A stretch of 64,000 bases of DNA, filler included, from Diploschistes diacapsis (lineage: Eukaryota), in NCBI GenBank assembly GCA_023645945.1. It is 27 parts of 27 records of this genome, joined end to end, with 100 filler letters (N's around TTAATTAATTAA, not from the genome) between each part and the next. Parts side by side here need not be neighbours in the genome. Positions count along the whole stretch, not along the records: positions 1 to 18,024 come from JALAIB010000428.1; positions 18,125 to 19,143 come from JALAIB010004289.1; positions 19,244 to 37,231 come from JALAIB010000429.1; 24 more parts are not named here. One strand, written 5' to 3'. Below the pieces are notes generated by a model. That model was not told the origin of the DNA. It ran no database searches and was given only the letters and a program-made list of their open reading frames with translations. The first letter of the stretch is position 1. Every line of letters starts with the position of its first letter. Below are positions 12,217-22,241 of the stretch, piece after piece. A program made the translations under genes and the position numbers.

Positions 12217-13133
12217 ATGATTTCTCTCTGGAAGTGCGGCCTTGTAACCGCTTTCGCCAGTGCGCTGGTAAGCTGCACGCCAATTGCTCCTCGCCAAAGC
12301 CCCAGCACCATATACTTCTTCAACTTTGGCGACTCTTATACTCAAAAACGGGTTTGCTTTCGATATATCTGGAACACTCCCTTCTGCGGACAACCCAAGT
12401 GGCCACCCAGCTTTGGGCACGCAGACATTTTCACTTGGTTTAGCCTACCCTGAGTGGCTAGTTACAGCTTATAATAACACGGAAGTCCTTGACTACGATT
12501 TTGGCTGGGGAGGCGCTACAGTCGACGCGTCTGTTGTAGCACCTGTCAGCACGTCGATCCAAACCTTCGACGAACAAGTTACAGCCCTGTTCGAACCAAT
12601 GTTCTCTTCGCAGGACGGCGGCACAGTTCCTTGGAATGGTGACAATTCGATCTTCTCCATCTTCTTTGGCATCAACGACCTTACACTCAGTTGCGCAGAT
12701 ACTGACACGCAGACTGCAATCTTGGATTCTTACTTCAGCCAGGCCACTACTCTTTATAACGCCGGAGCTCGCAAGTTTCTCTTCATCGGAGTTCCTCCAG
12801 TGGATCAGTCACCCGTGGGCTGCAACAACCCTAATTGCGATCCTGCAACCTGCTCCGGAATCATCAACACCTTCAATGGCCAGCTTGCTGGAATGGTCCA
12901 GCCTTGGGCTCAAGGGCTAAGTGGCGTCACCACATCAATATACGATTTCCATGTTTTCATGCTGGATGTGCTCGCCAATCCTACAGCATACGGGTTTGCA
13001 GACGCAACATGTGCTGGCGATGGGGGCAATACTTGCATTTGGCAAGATCAAAGCCCTCTCCAATACGGGATACACCTTCCAAAAGATCCTTGCGCAGAAT
13101 ATGACAGGTCAGTTGGCGCCGCTCGGGTGGTAG
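12217..13133 (+). pseudogene. Secreted GDSL/SGNH esterase (CE16 acetylesterase-like) with two +1 frameshifts; either a sequencing error or a recent pseudogene, 304 aa when corrected
   Basis: Signal peptide and FGDSYTQ lie in one frame, GGATVD and FFGIND in a second, FQKILAQNM...LGW* in a third. Removing one A at 12344-12348 and one at 13062-13063 joins them. Confidence 0.85.
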
Positions 13134-13578
13134 TTGAATCTTGGATGAAACAAAGATAGGATACTAGAGGTAAATTTCAATGAGAAATGTATGTGTATAT
13201 TTGCTCAGTTTTATACATAAGTTGAAAGAACGATGCATGGTTGCACTGTACGGTGAGCGACATCGTTGACGCTGATTTCTGCGGCTCGGCCACCTGCATC
13301 AACTACTTTTGTGCGTTTCCTCAGTGTTTCTGGTCGCACGGGAAGATATTTGCTGTTGGCTCTGTACTAGCCATGGCGAACATCAGAACCGGTGGCCCCT
13401 GCCGATTATGCTCCCTGCTATTCCTTTTCCTACCAGCCCTCGAGTACTTCATTTCCTTCGGTCCATTTTGTATTTCCTTGTTCTTAGCTTTCGGTGACTT
13501 CCTCTTTGCCAATATTTATGTGTTATCGCTCAATCCCTCATTTACGGAGTGCGAAGGAGAAATTTGACACTTGCAAGC

Positions 13579-16500
13579 ATGGAAGAACATCAATATACGC
13601 TACCTATACGCTCCAAGAATTCCCCCTTTGACCCAGAGATTTACCCAACAGCTGACTCGTCAGAAGGCCAACGTAAGGAAAGGGACAAGAGAAAGGATAA
13701 TGACAAGGACCAAACGGGGTCATTGCGCTGCGAGCCAGGAACATCCTCAAAGGGTATTACTGATCAATGTTCCGATGATGAGGAGCACCTGGATCTATTC
13801 AGTTCTTTCGGTTTCACACCCAGGCACTTTCTCCGTAAGGCCGTGTCAACAACATTCAAGACTTTTTCCGACACCATTAAATCCAAGACTCAGTTCATCT
13901 ACAACAACGGTCTAGGTGAGGGCTTATTAAACGCTGCAGGTACTGATGAGCCCTCCACTTTTGGCCGTCAACCACGTACACTGCATCGTATGTCGAACTC
14001 TGTTTCACGCTCAGGCGCCCGTTTCATCTCTTCCCTCAAGGGTCGACACTCAAGAGGGGGTAACAAGCCTTCATTTACCGTGGATGCTGATGCCGAGGGA
14101 GATCAGCCCTCTATTAACGTGGTAATTCCGAACTCAGCATTCTCTTCTCTGAATGTAGAGTATCCGTGGCTTAGACCATCGATCCAAGAACCGCGGCAGA
14201 ACGTGAAGTCAGCGGGGCAGAATATACCTGGCCAGCCATCGTCTGCAAGAGCTTCTCCAGAATCTGGCTCGGACGAAACGCCAAGAGCAAGCCCTCGTGT
14301 ACCTTTGGGCAAATCTAGCAGAGCTTTGGCATTGAGGTGCAATATTAGACAGTTGAACACCAACTCGAACGCCCCTGACAACACCCAGCTGGAAGAGCAA
14401 GCCAATATGGACCAAGAGGACAGGCAGGATGCAAAACCGCCCAACAGCAGTCTCAAACACGATTCCTACGACGCTGATATCGAGTCCGGAGAATTGGCGG
14501 AGCACAAATCTCAGGGTATTGCAACAATGGGATCCAAAGCAGAGTGGATTCGAAGGAGAGAAGATCGTCAGAGACGCTATGAAACGGTTTGCTTGGTGAG
14601 TTCAGCTCAGTCCTCGGTTGACATACAATTTACTGTCACTACAAACCCCATTGATACGGAAGCCGAGGACTTGAATGACGACAGCTTGACCGAACATTCC
14701 CCAGAAGAACCCATATGCCCTAGCAACGCGGAACTGAGCTCAGACACCAGGGTCCTCTATGCAGAGCCATATCAATCGGAACCCTCTTTACCTTACAATA
14801 TGTCAACTTTCGTCAGCATCGGACCAGTTTGGAGGGATCAGCGATTCCCACAATATGCCGTCGACGCAATTGAGAGGCGAAATGGTGATGATTTGGACTA
14901 TTCAACTGACGAAACTTCCCCTTCGCTGAGAGCCGAAGCAGTTACCGAAGACTTTTCGGAAGCCGAGATGCCCAGCATCGACGGAGCCCTTACGAGGACG
15001 GCGCTTCCCATATTGTCTCCTCCACGTGTTGGCCGCAACAGGCGACCAGAGCTTAACCGCCATGTTTCTGCGTTAAGCGCTGAGAGCGCAGATGACTGTG
15101 CTTTGACGTCAAAGTCGCAGCTCAGAGTGAGGAACATGGAGCGCTCGACCGATCACCGCCGCAGGGCTTCGAGTGACAAAGATCTTGCTGCAAAGGAGAA
15201 GGTTCGATGGAGCTTGAGCAACGTCACGGAAAGCGAAAAAGACTTTGTCGTTGACCATCCCTCCCACAGACAGTCCCCCATCAGTGGCTCCAGCGAGTAT
15301 GACTCCGATGGCCTTCCAACCTGTGGATATTCCCAGAAGCTCGAGGACCTATATGGTGGGAAGCCCGACAGGCTATGCCAGGCTGATTTGGAGGCTTACG
15401 GCTTTGACAAGCATCTCTTTCGTGGATCAAAGGCAGTTTATCGGGGTAGCAGCAGCACCTCAGAAGCCTCGAGCGCCGCTGGGACTGATCACTCCCCTAC
15501 TGCAATGCGTCGCCGATCCCGCGTCTCATTCAAATTGCCAGAAGACTATAGCCCCTCGGGTAAATCAAGCAAGCACTACCGCCGTCCAAGTCCATGTCCG
15601 ATATTGTCGATGCCCTCTACGTCTAGGATACCGGCCCCCACATTCGAAAGCCCAACGGCTTCGGGGCGAAAGACCGTCTCCCTTGTCTCACTTCCGCGCG
15701 AAGCCAGTAAGGACACCAGCACGACGAACGAGTCCGCCGTCAACGAGATAGCTGCAAGAAGAGAGTCGGTCACGTCGAGACTTCCTATGCGCTCGGCCTT
15801 CGTTCACGGAGCGCCTGGCGGTAGCGAAGAAACGGAGTTCATGACCGCCACCGAGGGCGAGGGCGAGAGTCCGCAAGAGGAAGAAATGGAAAGTCCACTG
15901 GGAGACACACGCTCCTCTTCGCCCTACGACACAGTCTCCTACTCCTTCCTCGCTTGCATTCCCAAAGTCCAGCACAGCTCTTGCGAGGGACCACAGTACA
16001 GCATCGACCGCAGGACAGACAGCGGCAGCCCAAGCACGTGCTCCAACACAGTATACCACGCTACTGCGGAAACCTCGAAGCATGAGGCCGGGGCCGGGCA
16101 CAAAAAGTCCGAAAACGACCACGCGAACAACGCGAGCAAGCTCCCGTTCACTCCGCAGTCCGGTTGCGCACTCCCTTTCACCCACGACTCCCATCCCGGC
16201 AGCCACGGAAAACCCTTTTCCAAGCCACAGGGCAGCCTGGAGGCCCAGTACGGCAGCTACGAGGATGGGAAGCCGCAGCCTCGATACTCGCTGCCTTACG
16301 AGGACCAGCCTTTCAAACCCATGGAAGACGTGGCCGAGACCGCGGACGTTCCACGACAAACCGGCGAGCTCGAGATGGAGACCGACGCCGACGTCGAAGC
16401 CACGTCTCCCCCTCCGGCAGCAAAGGGAGAGCCAGCGCACGAAGTGAAGGAGACGGTGCAGAGCAAGGAGAAGAAGCGCATGCCCTCGGGCCGCAGCTCT

Positions 16501-16701
16501 GCTCCGACCCCTATTGCTGCCACGCTCACGTCCGAGCCCGAGCCCGAGCCCAAGTCCCACCTTGCTCCTGCCGAGACCAGCCCAGCGAGCGGCCAGACGA
16601 CGCCGAATAAACGGGTGTCAGGCATCGTCTTCTACGGGTCCAGTCCGCGGACGCGAACGAAGTGGAATCCCATCAAGGCGAGACGGTCTTTGAATTTCTG
16701 A
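13579..16701 (+). CDS. Large Ser/Pro/Glu-rich, probably disordered hypothetical protein, 1040 aa, intronless
   Basis: 3.1-kb uninterrupted ORF with first ATG at 13579; no domain recognised. Confidence 0.85.
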   Translation: MEEHQYTLPIRSKNSPFDPEIYPTADSSEGQRKERDKRKDNDKDQTGSLRCEPGTSSKGITDQCSDDEEHLDLFSSFGFTPRHFLRKAVSTTFKTFSDTIKSKTQFIYNNGLGEGLLNAAGTDEPSTFGRQPRTLHRMSNSVSRSGARFISSLKGRHSRGGNKPSFTVDADAEGDQPSINVVIPNSAFSSLNVEYPWLRPSIQEPRQNVKSAGQNIPGQPSSARASPESGSDETPRASPRVPLGKSSRALALRCNIRQLNTNSNAPDNTQLEEQANMDQEDRQDAKPPNSSLKHDSYDADIESGELAEHKSQGIATMGSKAEWIRRREDRQRRYETVCLVSSAQSSVDIQFTVTTNPIDTEAEDLNDDSLTEHSPEEPICPSNAELSSDTRVLYAEPYQSEPSLPYNMSTFVSIGPVWRDQRFPQYAVDAIERRNGDDLDYSTDETSPSLRAEAVTEDFSEAEMPSIDGALTRTALPILSPPRVGRNRRPELNRHVSALSAESADDCALTSKSQLRVRNMERSTDHRRRASSDKDLAAKEKVRWSLSNVTESEKDFVVDHPSHRQSPISGSSEYDSDGLPTCGYSQKLEDLYGGKPDRLCQADLEAYGFDKHLFRGSKAVYRGSSSTSEASSAAGTDHSPTAMRRRSRVSFKLPEDYSPSGKSSKHYRRPSPCPILSMPSTSRIPAPTFESPTASGRKTVSLVSLPREASKDTSTTNESAVNEIAARRESVTSRLPMRSAFVHGAPGGSEETEFMTATEGEGESPQEEEMESPLGDTRSSSPYDTVSYSFLACIPKVQHSSCEGPQYSIDRRTDSGSPSTCSNTVYHATAETSKHEAGAGHKKSENDHANNASKLPFTPQSGCALPFTHDSHPGSHGKPFSKPQGSLEAQYGSYEDGKPQPRYSLPYEDQPFKPMEDVAETADVPRQTGELEMETDADVEATSPPPAAKGEPAHEVKETVQSKEKKRMPSGRSSAPTPIAATLTSEPEPEPKSHLAPAETSPASGQTTPNKRVSGIVFYGSSPRTRTKWNPIKARRSLNF

Positions 16702-17832
16702 GGCGTGAGGTTCGGGTCGAAAGATAGGAGAAGGAGGCTGGGTTTTTGGGTTAGTTGCTGTGTGGGATAAGAGCCCATGGTTGTTCTGTCTTGTTCGATT
16801 GGAGGGGGGGGGGGGGGAAGGAGTGGTAGAAAGAGATGGATATGGGGTTATGAGAGAGTTTCGGGCGGCAATGAAGATGGATATGGAGACGGTATTGTGC
16901 CGGCTGGGATGGAGAGGACGCTATTGGTGTCGGTGGGTATGTATGCGGCGGAGATGAAGATGGAAATCAAGACCAAGATCGAGACAGAGACAGACAGAGA
17001 TGGGCTTGCTTTGTCGATTGCACGCAAGCCTTCGCCACTGGCTGGGCTGGGCTGACATGGCGAAAATCAGCTCAAGAGGTACTCGGCTGGGGTTGGCTGT
17101 CTGTTGTGGCCAGCAAAAGGCATTGTTAAGCTTTATTTATCATACGGGAACCTGAAACAGCTGGCTGGCTGGCGCTGGCCCATGGGACGTTAGTTATATT
17201 GGGCTAGACGGTCTTCGTTCATTCTTTTTTTTTTTCTCGCTACGAGGTTATCTATCTATAGTGTGTCGTTATCCAAAAATGAGGGGGGGGGGGAGCGAGC
17301 GATATTGATATTCCCGAGGGCTGACCCGCAACTGCAAAAGGAGGAAGAGGAACACCTCTCTACATTTTCACGATAGGATGTGAGCCTGCGCTATACCATG
17401 CAGAAGCTCGTGGGGGAATAATGTCTTCGGGGCCAATCAATATAAAGTTTTTAAGATACTCGAAGCTCTTTCCGAATCCTTTAACGTTGATTTTCGATTG
17501 ATCTACAAAAAAATTTCAAAGTGGTCGTCTGCTTGGTCACGTCTACCTAAAGCTAGTATTTAGCTCTAAATCAGAAGCTTGTGTTTGTTCTGGCTTGAGG
17601 CGAGTCATATCTTTATCGGACGCGTAGGAGGTAATGAGCATAGCCGAAGCATTCATACTCATAGTTCAATGCATGGCAGAAAGGGGATTACATAGCAGCA
17701 ACAAAATAGAGCATTCATTACCCAATACCGTACAGACATATCTTGGGACCTCCATGAGTTTATCGCCAAAGCGGGGCCGCCACTGGCCACTGCCACCGCC
17801 ATCTAACCTCACAAACACAGTCCCCCCACTCT

Positions 17833-18024
17833 TCACTTCAAAGCCCACCCGAAAAGCCCATCCATCTGCACCCACACCCACCCACACTTCCTCTCGTACC
17901 CTTCCACCACCCCCTTCACCGTCTCCATCGCCCTCCTAACCTCCACCGTTCTCAGCGCCCTCACCCTCTCCCCTTCCTCCCCGTCTTTCCCGCTTCCACT
18001 TCCGCTTCCGCTTCTGCTTCCGCT
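17833..18024 (-). CDS. C-terminal fragment of an unknown protein, truncated by the contig end
   Basis: Open frame SGSRSGSGSGSGKDGEEGERVRALRTVEVRRAMETVKGVVEGYERKCGWVWVQMDGLFGWALK* with coding-like composition. Confidence 0.55.
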   Translation of the reverse strand, partial: SGSRSGSGSGSGKDGEEGERVRALRTVEVRRAMETVKGVVEGYERKCGWVWVQMDGLFGWALK

Positions 18025-18124
18025 NNNNNNNNNNNNNNNNNNNNNNNNNNNNNNNNNNNNNNNNNNNNTTAATTAATTAANNNNNNNNNNNNNNNNNNNN
18101 NNNNNNNNNNNNNNNNNNNNNNNN
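18025..18124. other. Artificial contig-joining linker, first of 26. The others start at 19144, 37232, 38351, 39470, 40588, 41706, 42824, 43941, 45058, 46175, 47292, 48409, 49525, 50641, 51757, 52873, 53988, 55103, 56217, 57331, 58445, 59559, 60673, 61786 and 62899
   Basis: Identical N44-TTAATTAATTAA-N44 with stops in all six frames. The intervening small contigs are size-sorted from 1019 down to 1013 bp. Confidence 0.99.
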
Positions 18125-18139
18125 CGTTTCGACTTATAA

Positions 18140-18427
18140 TAACTTGATTTTGAATTTTTAAGAATAATTCGATCTATTCCGAGCGTATTATACGCGATTT
18201 GTTTAATCGAGTAATACAATCCGTTTTTTACGCTAACGCGCTTTTTAACGGCGAAAATACTACGACATCGAATGATTAAAAAAGATAAGAATTATACGAA
18301 AATAATATTATTAAATCGATTTAATTAGATATATAAAAGCGAATAATATTAACGATAATATAATTATTATAATTATTTATAATTAATAAACGACGCGTTT
18401 CGGGTCGATTCGGTTTAATTAAAGATT
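18140..18427. repeat. RIP-degenerated repeat, homologous to 38558-38845
   Basis: Aligns by eye over ~290 bp; the differences are mostly C/T and G/A transitions. Confidence 0.85.
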
Positions 18428-18444
18428 TTTTTGCGTAACGCATG

Positions 18445-18790
18445 TATTGAAGTCTAGATATCTAGAGATCTAATTAGAAGGAATAGTCTGTATGTAAGCT
18501 CTTATACCAATAGGATTCCTTAAGCCTTATAGACTTGTACTACTCTCGATTAGGATTAGTAGGAATCTTAGTAGGTTTCGTTGAACTGAATCTGAACCTA
18601 AGGTTCAGCTAAATTTCTTAGCCATGTATTCTGCCTGCTTGCTTAACATTCCCCCACGGGCGGAATCATCGGTATGTTTATTTGGTTCAGCTGGATGCCC
18701 TTTATACTAGTCTAAGTTTTTTGACGAACATATCGTGCTTGGCGTAGTTTAATGGTTTCGTTAATTCGTCGATAATTATTTTGTCTATAA
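18445..18790 (-). mobile_element. 3' end of a Ty1/Copia retrotransposon: RNase H end, polypurine tract and 3' LTR (LTR-E, 18648-18445)
   Basis: Minus strand reads DKIIIDELTKPLNYAKHDMFVKKLRLV* (RIPed ADGLTKPL motif), then GTGGGGGAA, then TGTTAAGCAAG...GACTTCAATA. Confidence 0.85.
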
Positions 18791-18791
18791 G

Positions 18792-19077
18792 TGAAACGCC
18801 AGCGCAGGAAAGGATGTTATTAAACCGGGGGCTGGGCCTGATCCGGAAGGATTAGGTGTAGCTTGGATATCTGTAGGTAAAAGGTCTCGATTCGAAAAGC
18901 TAAAAAAGAAATTATCTAAATGGGAGGAAGGTACCGTTAAATAATGTGGATGCCAGACCTATCAGGGTTCGGGGACTACCCGTTTACACAGCCATCCCCT
19001 AACCCTGCCGTGTCTTGGTAAGCATCTGGGCATTGACCCTGCCGTGGCTTGGCAGGCTCCTGGGCTGGGCTGTCTCA
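18792..19077 (-). mobile_element. 3' LTR of family LTR-A (TGAGACAG...GTTTCA, 286 bp), inserted into the Copia element
   Basis: TG...CA termini; preceded on the minus strand by the PPT GGAAAAGGGGGTAG; homologous to 50066-50370 and 51225-51543. Confidence 0.88.
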
Positions 19078-19243
19078 CTACCCCCTTTTCCAGATACTTA
19101 TGTCTCTTATAAACGCGATACTTTTTTTTAGTCAATCTTTATTNNNNNNNNNNNNNNNNNNNNNNNNNNNNNNNNNNNNNNNNNNNNTTAATTAATTAAN
19201 NNNNNNNNNNNNNNNNNNNNNNNNNNNNNNNNNNNNNNNNNNN

Positions 19244-21648
19244 CCGCTGCTGCTGCCACCGCCACCGCTACCGCCGCCGCCGCCGCCGCCGCCAGGTCCG
19301 GTAGGCACGCTGCCCATCTGGTTGCCGAAATTACCCTGACCTTCACTGCCTTGCATTTGCATCATCTGTTGCATCATCTGCGGCGTCATGCCTTGCATAC
19401 CCTGCTGATTGTCCCCCTGCCGGCCACCTTGCATTTGGTGCATCTGCTGTTGCATAGCAGCCTGAATCTGCGCCATTTTCATTTGTTGCATCATGGCAGG
19501 ATTCATGCCCGCCATACCACCCATGGCCATTGGGTTCGCCATGCCTCCGCCTTGGGCCGCTGCCATCATAGCCATGAATTGTTGCATCTTTTGGAAATAC
19601 TGCACCATCATGGTCGGACTCATTCCGTTCATCATTGGCTGCTGGTTTGGGTTTGGGTTCTGGTGAGCACTCTGAGAATCGTCTCCGTAGCGTCCGTCTC
19701 GGCCTCCTCGCCTTCCACCGCGTCCTCCACGGTCGTCTTCCATCCTCATATCTCCACGCGGCTGGGCTTTCTTGACTTCGATTGGCTTCCCATGAATACG
19801 CAGATCACCCTCCAAAGTCGCCTCTACAGCGGCCTCACTATCAAAAGTTACGAATCCAAATCCACGTGGTCTACCCGTGTCCTTGTCCATCATCAACGTT
19901 GCGTCGATGACCCGCCCATACTGCATGAAATACTCTTTGAAGTCTTGCTCCGTAGCCTCCTGGCTAACTCCACCAACGAAGATTTTGGAGGTCTTCTCCT
20001 GCTCGTCTCGTGGAATGGCGCGTTTTGGGTCTATCTGAGAAACATGTTTATGTGAGCATTTTGGGTCTCTGTCCCAATGGGGTGGTTGAGAGAGCTAATG
20101 AGGATCCAAGAATGAAGAAAAACTTACAATTTTCCCATCCAGGAAATGCTCCTTAACCATTACTATATTGACAGTCTTAGGATCCCGGAAAGTTAGAAAT
20201 CCAAACCCTCTGCTGCGGCCTGTAGCAGCATCTCGCATGACAGTGCATTCTTGAACTTCTCCAAACTGAGAGAAATAGTCCTTGAGGGATTCTACGGCAC
20301 AAATGTCAACTCTTTGTTATTGATGGTATCATTACGATCAGACTCACGATCCGTGGTCTCCCAGTTCAGGCCACCAATGAACATCTTCCTGTGAGTTTTG
20401 AGGTCAGCCTATACATTAATGCCTCACGAACAGAAAAATTCGAAGTAACGAGAACATGATTCAGATAAAGGACGGTTTAGATATGTGGCAAGCAGAGGTG
20501 TATCGGTCCTTGTTAAGGCTCAACGGCAGACTTGTCCAGAGGTGTGATTGATGGACGGCTTTGGTGCAAGCATCGATTTGCTGGAAGGAGGAGACCATTG
20601 ATGGTAGCAAACCCGCAGGACTTGAGCCTGACGACATCGAGCACATGCCCAGCGCAAAGTTTCGAGCCGACAGATCTAGCAAGCACCGCAGCGTACATAT
20701 ATTCGGATCGGCACATGGTAAAGTAATCGTTCTTCTTGCTTTTGCTATGGAGCCGTATGCTAGGTAGTATTGAATCGTATGTATCCAGTTGATAGCCTAT
20801 CAAAGTAGTGATTATTCTCTCAATCCGCTATATGATATCGAGAATGAGCTATTTAGCTAAGTTGGCTGTTCCTGGGCTGGCTTGGAAGTTATTGCCGTAC
20901 GACTATACCTTCCATCTCCTTTTCCGCACCTCTATAACAGTTGTCTTCCAGCTGCCGGGCTGGCAGAGCTTTGATTTCGGCTGCCCAGCACCAACATCCA
21001 TTTGAGCACCCCTTAATCCTGGGCGCCAAAATTTAGATCAAAACCTGCACTCAAGACGCTCCGGCAGCTCAATCGCCAGGATTGCATCTCCTCCCGAGCC
21101 GTTACCAGTCACCCCAGAGTTCAAAACTCTTTCAGGAAAACATTGTTTATGGTTGGACTCTTGAGAGCTGCCGAATTCCACTAACAGGACCGAAACACAT
21201 CTCTGCCATTTGACCGTGGAAAACATGTGCAAAAGGAATAAATGTTTAGCAATTAGACTTACCCATCTTCCTTAATCCCGATTCCATGTGTGTCATTATC
21301 AGCTATAGAGTCTCTTCGACTTGGTGAGGCATTATCATTCCACCCATGGCCAGTATAGCCATCATTCTCAGGCAATTGACTTCTGATCACCTCCTCATCT
21401 GGGGGCGGTCCCGTATCGGGCGGTGCATCTGGCATGACGCTTTCGTTAAACGGCTCTGGGTCAGCTATTGGGGGAGCAGCGGGTTCTGCGTATTTTTCTG
21501 GTAAAGGGTTGATAGATTCAGTCGTTTTGGTAGGTTCGTCGCCTTCGTACCTAGTTTACGCATGTCATTCCGGATGATCCGACAACCGTCAGCAAGAGGC
21601 TTACAGGTCAGCAAAGAGATCCTCATCGATCTCTTCTGGTTCCGTCAT
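19244..21648 (-). CDS. HRP1: Hrp1/Nab4 (CF IB, Musashi-like) two-RRM protein, 3' truncated; exons 21648-21605, 21550-21263, 20388-20348, 20291-20128, 20034-19244
   Basis: IKEDG|[68 protein letters not shown] and a Q/M/G-rich tail. Confidence 0.95.
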
Positions 21649-22241
21649 TTTGAGCGTCTTCTTCGAGATAGCCTATTTCTCGAGGGTTTGTCGTGTATTA
21701 GGGGGAGAGGGACTGCTTGGCAGTAGGTTGTAATATCTCGTGGACTTGTCCCGACTTTCTCTTCAAAAAAGTGTGCAGTCTCACTTGCTCAACAAGCTGA
21801 CTCTCACGAAGTACGTGAACAGAAGCTAGAAGCACAAACGACGCCAACTCAGAACTGAGCGAGATACCAGAAAACTGTAGCTCGGAACAAAGGTGAGGCA
21901 GTTTCTGCTGTCCAAGTCAGACGTGGTTGCGTCGGAGGGAGTAAAAGAAAGTCAAAGCCCGCTTTCGCGCTAAACCCCTTTGGGCTCAAGATCGAGTCCC
22001 GCCGCTTGATGTGTTCCCGAGGGCTCATTTGCATGTATTATGCTGCAGAAGAAGGTAGAGCTACAGTAGGTGCATGCATGAGCGCCACAGCGTGAAATGA
22101 ATGGCATTTCTTTCTGATCGCAGGGACTTGTTTGCGCCTGGGGGTTGATTGTGGCAAAAATGAGCTCCAAAAAGAATGCTCCTCAGGTATTGCGCCGCCC
22201 AAGGTTGGCCGGCACAAGCTAACTGTGTACTGCTCCAGGAA

